Notes under the pieces: generated by a model
What the model was told of the DNA's origin: nothing
Databases searched by the model: none
What the model saw: the letters and a program-made list of their open reading frames with translations, nothing else
IMG/VR virus record: IMGVR_UViG_3300042945_001689
Span: 32,001-96,000 of that record
Length of the DNA stretch: 64,000 bases
From: a virus
Strand: one strand, 5' to 3'
Shown: one piece after another, positions 57,849-64,000 of the stretch
How the letters are laid out: every line of letters begins with the position of its first letter
How positions within the stretch are numbered: the first letter of the stretch is position 1
Position numbers and translations under genes: made by a program

Positions 57849-58247
57849 TTATTTATCATCTGAACCTTTTCCATTGTCTTGAACAATAGGAAGAAGTTTT
57901 CCTATCACACTAGACAAAAATGTTGGGCTATTTAAATCATCAACCCTAGTATTATTCATTTCTTTGCGACAATCTTCAATAACATTATTTACAATATCAA
58001 TTGTATCCTCAATATATTTGAATGCCCATTCCCTTGAGTCTGATAAAAATTTAACAAATCCTTCGTTAGTTTCATCTTTAAACATTGATGAATTTTCTAT
58101 TTGATCTTTCATTGCTGACATCATGGCAATAGCAATTTGATTATCTAATAAACTTTGATTGAGAGCACCTTGTATTTGATATGCTCTATAAATCATATAA
58201 ATATTAAATGCTGATAGCCCAATAATTACCCAGTTATACCACTGCAT
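57849..58247 (-). CDS. Membrane-anchored hypothetical protein
   Basis: N-terminal TM; FVKFLSDSREWAFKYIE. Confidence 0.6.
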   Translation of the reverse strand: MQWYNWVIIGLSAFNIYMIYRAYQIQGALNQSLLDNQIAIAMMSAMKDQIENSSMFKDETNEGFVKFLSDSREWAFKYIEDTIDIVNNVIEDCRKEMNNTRVDDLNSPTFLSSVIGKLLPIVQDNGKGSDDK

Positions 58248-58725
58248 TTCGCTCCTCATGTGTTGGCCAATAGTAATTGCATTTTTCACAACATGGTTCA
58301 TTGTATGGACTAATTGTTGCATACTGATACTTGTTATAAAAAATAGGATCCTTTTTAAATAGATTAGCCTTGTGAGTTGTTGTAATACGCATTACCTTAT
58401 TATCATTAAGCCAGAATGATGGTGGAGTTTTTCCCCATCTATCCGAACATTTTTCTTTAAGATCATTAAGGTTGTTTTCATTGTTTATTGTCTTAATCCC
58501 ACGAACCTTAGCCTCTTCTATCATGTGCTGTATATAAGACCACAGACCAGCCTCATAGCCCTTCCACATAAGCACTGCAGGGTGATTACGCCATGCCCCA
58601 GACGGTGACTCTCCTGACAACACCTTGAGTATTTGATACCCCTCAAGGATTTGTTTATTAAGTCTTTTATTGTCTAAGGATTTTGCGGTATATGAAATAT
58701 TACTAGATGGAAGAAATGTTTGCAT
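58234..58725 (-). CDS. Pyrimidine-dimer DNA glycosylase-like (MSMEG_6728-type) protein
   Basis: MQTFLP, LD.KRL.KQ..E..QIL, HPAVLMW.GY. Confidence 0.75.
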   Translation of the reverse strand: MQTFLPSSNISYTAKSLDNKRLNKQILEGYQILKVLSGESPSGAWRNHPAVLMWKGYEAGLWSYIQHMIEEAKVRGIKTINNENNLNDLKEKCSDRWGKTPPSFWLNDNKVMRITTTHKANLFKKDPIFYNKYQYATISPYNEPCCEKCNYYWPTHEERNAVV

Positions 58726-58843
58726 TAAACAACCTTAAGGGTATTGCAACGAGTACAGCCAACATATGTATTACCAGTAAATGGACATGCTCCAGCATCT
58801 ACAAGAGCATGACCTTTAAATTTACATACAATTTTTTTGATAA

Positions 58844-59599
58844 TCATAATCCTAATTCTTTTCTTTTTTTTGTAGCAGAGATTGCTTCTATATCTTTATC
58901 TAAACCAACCTGCTCAATCTTATATCCAACATCACGTCCATACACTATGTTTGTTATGTTAGGCATTTTGATTACAAATGGAAAGTTTAAACTGGCATCT
59001 TTCCTAATATATCCATTAACTTCTTCATAAGAGAGCGGATCTTTTTCGCTAGTCCCTTGAGTATCCCTAACACCAAGCACCACCTGTTCTGTTCTTTTCT
59101 TTGCTTCAAAGTATAATGCATTATGACCCTCATGCCAAGGCTGGTAACGACCTAGCATTAGCGTTGTAGGGGCTTTCCAGTCTGGTAAATTATACTTATC
59201 TATAATATATTGTACCCTATCATCTGATTCTATTGTACTGTCAAAAGACTCATCATAAAGAATGGGATCTTCCCAAAGTTTATTTGTGTCTTCAAACCTT
59301 CCTTCTTTAATTCTATTCATCCAAATTAAAATATCTGGTTTACCAAAAGCATCTCTTGTTTTTTCGGTAGGGCAAATAAAATCTACAACTACAACCTGAC
59401 CTTGCTCTGATAACATTTTTGCAATAGCACCAAGTCTACGAGCATTCTCTACTCTATCTTCTATAGAAAATCCTAAATCAGAGTTAATTGTTGACCTAAC
59501 ATAATCAGCATTAACATGAATAGCATTAATTCTAGAAGATAGTTTTGTCGCCAAAGTGGTTTTACCAGATCCAGGAATACCAATTATTTGTATAATCAT
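58844..59599 (-). CDS. Adenylylsulfate-kinase-like domain fused to HxGH nucleotidyltransferase domain
   Basis: GIPGSGKTT, D.VR, LGFS.EDR.EN.RR; GRYQPWHEGH, ISATK.R. Confidence 0.8.
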   Translation of the reverse strand: MIIQIIGIPGSGKTTLATKLSSRINAIHVNADYVRSTINSDLGFSIEDRVENARRLGAIAKMLSEQGQVVVVDFICPTEKTRDAFGKPDILIWMNRIKEGRFEDTNKLWEDPILYDESFDSTIESDDRVQYIIDKYNLPDWKAPTTLMLGRYQPWHEGHNALYFEAKKRTEQVVLGVRDTQGTSEKDPLSYEEVNGYIRKDASLNFPFVIKMPNITNIVYGRDVGYKIEQVGLDKDIEAISATKKRKELGL

Positions 59600-59826
59600 T
59601 TTCCACCCGTCCTAACTAACATAACTATAGCCCCATTTTCTTCTAAGGCTTTTTTAACCCTTACCATATATTCTACAGCAAGTCTCTTATCTCTGTCAAA
59701 TAACTTCATAAAACTTGCTTCGTCTGCTCTTACTGTAATAAAATGCTCATTATCAATAATATCTACACCAAATCCATTTGGTGGGGCAATAGATCTAACG
59801 GCTCGCCTCATTGCGTCTGTATACAT
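59596..59826 (-). CDS. Hypothetical protein
   Basis: Start MYTDAM overlaps the upstream stop. Confidence 0.6.
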   Translation of the reverse strand: MYTDAMRRAVRSIAPPNGFGVDIIDNEHFITVRADEASFMKLFDRDKRLAVEYMVRVKKALEENGAIVMLVRTGGK

Positions 59827-60038
59827 TATTCTTCTCTTTTCCAGTGAAAGAATGACTTTATATAAACTGCAGCATAAGCAACGGCGGAAAATATAAAACC
59901 ATACTGTTTTGTTATCAGTGCATATGTAATCCATAACACCTCATTGGCGCAAAGTATTAACCAACCCCAAATCGTTTTGCGACCTACAAAGTAGATGCCT
60001 GCTACTCCTATTACTGCTAATACCCACGACCACCACAT
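59826..60038 (-). CDS. Small PnuC-like membrane protein
   Basis: Three short TM segments, WGW, W..YA. Confidence 0.5.
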   Translation of the reverse strand: MWWSWVLAVIGVAGIYFVGRKTIWGWLILCANEVLWITYALITKQYGFIFSAVAYAAVYIKSFFHWKREE

Positions 60039-60061
60039 GATTAAACCTATCTCTTAGTATT

Positions 60062-60487
60062 CTATTCTACCAGACCTGGATAATCTGTGCAAATGCCATA
60101 AACATTATTATATTTATAATCTAAATTTAAATCAACTATAATTGATTTTTCTGTAACATTTTTTCCTGGATATGTCCATATATACCCATTGCTTGTTAAA
60201 GTAAAATCATCTTCTTGATGCCAAAAAAACATATGTTTATTTCTATCTAATGCATTTAAAGCATTGATATTTTTACAATGAAACCAGGACACATCTTTAA
60301 TATCATCTATAAATCTATCTCCTACTGGATATTGTGAAAAATCATGACCTAAGTACCAAGTAGATTCTATCAGTCTAATATCAATCTCTACATTAAATCC
60401 CTTTTGTATTGCATGGTAAATAAGCCCAGGACTATTCTCTAGTGGACTTGGACCATCAACATTTCCTCTGTGTGCTATTTTAATCAT
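60062..60487 (-). CDS. Glycerophosphodiester phosphodiesterase-like protein
   Basis: IAHRGN, EN, VEIDI, GICTDYP. Confidence 0.7.
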   Translation of the reverse strand: MIKIAHRGNVDGPSPLENSPGLIYHAIQKGFNVEIDIRLIESTWYLGHDFSQYPVGDRFIDDIKDVSWFHCKNINALNALDRNKHMFFWHQEDDFTLTSNGYIWTYPGKNVTEKSIIVDLNLDYKYNNVYGICTDYPGLVE

Positions 60488-61847
60488 TCTTACTCCTATT
60501 ATATAAATAATAGTTCAAATCTTCTGGAGTACCTATTCCCCACATTTTTTCAACTGGTAAAGCATAAATCTTTTTTTCATCTAAAATAGCCTCGTTAAAT
60601 GCTGGGCATGTATAAAATTCATTATTTACACGAATATCTTTATTAATCATTTGTTTTGCATATTTTATAAAATCTGACCCATGTTTCCAATAGTATATTC
60701 CTACCGTTGCATTATCACTAATAGGTTTTTTTTCAGCAACTTCTAAAACTAATCCATCTGAGTCTGTTTTTGCATAAGACCACTTTGGATGTGATGATTT
60801 AAATGTTGCTATTCCACCGTCTGCATTCTTGCTATATAAATCATATAAAAACTTTTTACTGTCCCATTCAACAATTTGATCTGAGTTTGCTATAAAAAGT
60901 GGACTATTGTTGTTTATATACTCGGAGGCCATTAAGCAGGTTCTTGCAGCACCGTCTGTAATTCCATTTATTTTTATTATGTTGCAATTAGGTGTAATTC
61001 TATTAAGCAAGTATTCTAAACCATATTTATCATAATGTTCTTGTTGTACAACATAAGTATATTTTGCATTAATACCCAAACTATTTACTACAGCCTGTAT
61101 CATTGGCATATTATCAACTTCTATCAATGGCTTTGGAAATGAATATCCAGCATCAAAAAATCTACTACCCATTCCAGCCATTGGAATTAAAACGTTTAAA
61201 CTATTATCATTCCACATACTTTTTGAATTTTTTAAATAATCAATTGCAATATTTATTTTTTCTAAACACAAGTCAGATCTATTTGTAATTTCAAAAAGTT
61301 TTGCTTTGCTATCTATTGCTGCAAGTTTTCCAACAATACTATCTTCAAATATTGCTGTATCTTCTGGCAAAAGACCAAAAAATGACATTGCCTTCCAATA
61401 CATTTCTGGATGTGGTTTAGCAAACTTAACGTCTTCGCTGCTTACTATATAATCTACAAAGTCAATAATTCCAAGAGATCTTAAACAACTTTCAACTGTT
61501 AATTTTATACTATTGCTTGCAACAGATATAAACATATTATTTTTTTTAATATGTTTAAACAAATCAATAAGTTCATAATCTATTGATAGACCATCTAATG
61601 CAATTTTAGTAGCATTCTGTTTTTCAGTATAAATTTGTTCATAGTATTTTTGTTCTAAACCTTTACTCTTTGTTAAAATTTTTAACTTATCTTTTGTTGG
61701 TAGGCCTTCATAAATTTTAGAATGTTCTTCTTTTGATATGATATATTTTTTATCAACATTTTTTAAGGCACAGTTTAATGCAACAAAATGTATTTCTTTG
61801 CTGTCAATTAACACTCCATCAAGATCAAAAACAATTAATTTGTTCAT
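60480..61847 (-). CDS. HAD phosphatase fused to sugar nucleotidyltransferase
   Basis: FDLDGVL, KPHPE, FEDS..G; IPMAG.GSRF...PKPLI, EK, GTPEDL. Confidence 0.85.
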   Translation of the reverse strand: MNKLIVFDLDGVLIDSKEIHFVALNCALKNVDKKYIISKEEHSKIYEGLPTKDKLKILTKSKGLEQKYYEQIYTEKQNATKIALDGLSIDYELIDLFKHIKKNNMFISVASNSIKLTVESCLRSLGIIDFVDYIVSSEDVKFAKPHPEMYWKAMSFFGLLPEDTAIFEDSIVGKLAAIDSKAKLFEITNRSDLCLEKINIAIDYLKNSKSMWNDNSLNVLIPMAGMGSRFFDAGYSFPKPLIEVDNMPMIQAVVNSLGINAKYTYVVQQEHYDKYGLEYLLNRITPNCNIIKINGITDGAARTCLMASEYINNNSPLFIANSDQIVEWDSKKFLYDLYSKNADGGIATFKSSHPKWSYAKTDSDGLVLEVAEKKPISDNATVGIYYWKHGSDFIKYAKQMINKDIRVNNEFYTCPAFNEAILDEKKIYALPVEKMWGIGTPEDLNYYLYNRSKND

Positions 61848-61851
61848 AATA

Positions 61852-62730
61852 TTATTTTATCATATACAACGAATGTGCAAATTCAGACCAGGCATAATGA
61901 AACGCATATCCAAAATGTGGCTCTTGATCATCTCTTTTGTCATAAGCGTCTATCAAACAATCTAAATTTTTATTTTGATCAATACATGTAAATATATCAT
62001 TAAAAAATTTTTTTTCATCTATTTGATAAAAAGTTTTAAAATAGTTATAAAGTTTTTCATCAGATTTATTTTTATATAAGTCAACTATATTTTTATTTTT
62101 TATTAAAGTATATCTGTTAAGTAAGAATTGTGTCCAAGTAAAAGAAATTAATTTTATGTTATTTGAATTACAATACTGTTCTAACATTAAATATACATTA
62201 TGAGATAAAATAGTAGCAAGATAGTTTGTCTGATGATTCTGCTGTGCATCATCATGTAGATAAATAACGTCTCTTCCAATATTTGGAAAGTTAATAAAAA
62301 TACAATCTGGATTGCCAAACATTTTACAGTATTTAAAAATGTTACTTATTATTTCAAAGTTTGATCCTGCTGGAATTCCAAGATTATAGAAACCACTTAA
62401 TGACTCTTTTTCTTTTATTTTTTCATAAACTAAAGTTGGCCATAAATAATCTTGTGGCATTCCAACTCCAAAGGTGTTTGAACATCCAGCAAATAAAATA
62501 TGCTTGCCATTATGTTTATCAGTAAAATCATCTGATCTAAATCCATAATTGTTTAAATAGTATGTACTTGGATCATCTGATAAATAATTTATTTTTTGTT
62601 TTTTTTGAGAGTCGTATGTAGGTCTATCAACAAAACAATTTGTTTTTATTTTTTCATTATCAAATGCCCATAGTGGCACAATAAAATCATTTAAGTTTAT
62701 ATTTTTTTTATGAAATTTAAAAAGATTCAT
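61852..62730 (-). CDS. SGNH/GDSL-like hypothetical protein
   Basis: NNYGFRSDDF...FAGCSNTFG; paralog of 21779-22783. Confidence 0.55.
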   Translation of the reverse strand: MNLFKFHKKNINLNDFIVPLWAFDNEKIKTNCFVDRPTYDSQKKQKINYLSDDPSTYYLNNYGFRSDDFTDKHNGKHILFAGCSNTFGVGMPQDYLWPTLVYEKIKEKESLSGFYNLGIPAGSNFEIISNIFKYCKMFGNPDCIFINFPNIGRDVIYLHDDAQQNHQTNYLATILSHNVYLMLEQYCNSNNIKLISFTWTQFLLNRYTLIKNKNIVDLYKNKSDEKLYNYFKTFYQIDEKKFFNDIFTCIDQNKNLDCLIDAYDKRDDQEPHFGYAFHYAWSEFAHSLYMIK

Positions 62731-63742
62731 TGTTTAATAACACCCCAACTATTTTATTTTTTTCTAGTTTATCTACTAAATCTTTTGAGTTAGAATTATA
62801 CTCATTTTGTATTGATATATATGTGTGGTTTTTTGACCAGGCTATATCTCTATATTGTCCATGAGTTGATGTCCTTTTCATACGAGATTTTGTCTCAACA
62901 TTATATGATGATGTCTCTAGTGGTGTGTATATTTCTACAATGTTAGATTTATTTGGCATCATTAACATATTTAACAAACCGCTTCCAGTCAAACCGATTA
63001 GTGTTTTAACAGAACTAAAATATTTTATTTGATCTTCAAATGTTTTAAATGTTTCTGGAATAACTATCTCGCAACCATTATTTTTAAAAAATTCTTCAAT
63101 TAAATATTCGTTATTTTGTCTATCCATATTAATATATTTTTGTGATTTTACATTTCTTGACAAATATACAACTTTATTTGCAACTTCATCTTTTGAATAT
63201 TCGCTAAACAAATTAGAAAGCAAGTCAAGGTTTTGCAACTTAAGTTCTGTGTCTTTGAAGATGGCACAGTTATCTGTTTTAATAATAACATTTTTATTTG
63301 GATGTGATGTATTATTAATTTTATTAAGTTCTTGCATTCTTTTTGGAGAAGAGTTTATTATTGTAAAATTAATATGTTTTTTTTCTAATACTTCTAAAAA
63401 AAATTTAAAAAATGCTGGTCCATCTTTATCATAAAAATAACTAGGAATATCTGAAGAATCTAAAATGAATTCAAAATCACCCCACGAAGGACTAGACTTA
63501 AAATTTTTGTCTAAATATAAAATTTTTGCAAGATTGTCTATTAAATTATGATATATTCTTGGATGTAAACCTATAAGTATTTTATTGTTTGTTGAAGTTA
63601 GGTCTAATATACTATAATTGTTTTCTTTTATAAAATCATTATTCCTTGCTACATAAACATGGTTGTTAGACTGATACTCAAGGTATCTAATATTTTTATC
63701 ATAATTGATATGCATATGTATTGGAATATTATTTATTAACAT
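62717..63742 (-). CDS. GT61 (DUF563)-like glycosyltransferase
   Basis: VYLSR...R..NE...F.DQI..FSS...LIG..GSGL.N. Confidence 0.7.
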   Translation of the reverse strand: MLINNIPIHMHINYDKNIRYLEYQSNNHVYVARNNDFIKENNYSILDLTSTNNKILIGLHPRIYHNLIDNLAKILYLDKNFKSSPSWGDFEFILDSSDIPSYFYDKDGPAFFKFFLEVLEKKHINFTIINSSPKRMQELNKINNTSHPNKNVIIKTDNCAIFKDTELKLQNLDLLSNLFSEYSKDEVANKVVYLSRNVKSQKYINMDRQNNEYLIEEFFKNNGCEIVIPETFKTFEDQIKYFSSVKTLIGLTGSGLLNMLMMPNKSNIVEIYTPLETSSYNVETKSRMKRTSTHGQYRDIAWSKNHTYISIQNEYNSNSKDLVDKLEKNKIVGVLLNNESF

Positions 63743-64000
63743 TTAACCCTCAATTGTTAAATTTTCCCAGATTTCAGCCCACCTAGGCTTGGTCTTATGA
63801 TTGTTGAATTCTCTCGAAATGTTTCCCTTGTCTAAGTATACTCCGCCCCATACTCCATACTCTTTTTCAGATATACCGACAGCAAAGCAGGTTCTGGCAA
63901 CTGGGCAAGCAATGCATACATTATCTACTCCATGTCTAATGTTTGGATTATCTTCATATTTATCAAAGAATAAATTTGTATCATAATCAAGACAAGCAGC
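63743..64000 (-). CDS. whiB: WhiB-family transcription factor (5' end outside window)
   Basis: AACLDYDTNLFF...CIACPVARTC...EYGVWGG; not in the ORF track because the start is missing. Confidence 0.88.
   Translation of the reverse strand, partial: AACLDYDTNLFFDKYEDNPNIRHGVDNVCIACPVARTCFAVGISEKEYGVWGGVYLDKGNISREFNNHKTKPRWAEIWENLTIEG

Noticed and set aside
1-64000. Stop-codon reassignment
   Set aside because: Conserved genes are full length in the standard code, all three stops are used, and no suppressor tRNA was seen.

Overview
A 64 kb slice of a large, AT-rich tailed dsDNA phage genome. The host is most likely a freshwater actinobacterium; this is inferred from WhiB, PafBC/CRP/PHO-type sites and many leaderless extended -10 promoters. 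Layout: (1) 1-30 kb, mostly minus strand, is the virion module: HK97-type capsid, protease/scaffold, portal, fibre and adaptor proteins, with a class II ribonucleotide reductase inserted. It carries TWO copies of an unusual cassette: fibre protein -> FN3 / (Pro-Pro-Pro-Phe)n / Hint-domain protein -> several prolyl-hydroxylase-like 2OG-Fe(II) oxygenases plus a DUF6065-like protein. (2) 32.4-45.2 kb is an early/host-takeover region of small ORFs. Its intergenic blocks are built from recurring parts: a CCCGCGGG palindrome, CRP boxes, DnaA boxes, TGTCC-N4-TGTCC repeats, seven PafBC/RecA-NDp-like promoters and a covarying RNA hairpin. An iteron-like repeat field closes the region. (3) 45-64 kb holds auxiliary genes: a repeat-flanked pstS cassette, nuclease, thioredoxin, tRNAs, a glycosyl/methyl/sulfotransferase cluster, APS kinase and WhiB. 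The two best candidates for undescribed biology are the Pro-rich/Hint + hydroxylase modification cassette and the early promoters apparently wired to host DNA-damage, cAMP and DnaA regulators. All calls come from motif reading by eye; no database searches were run.
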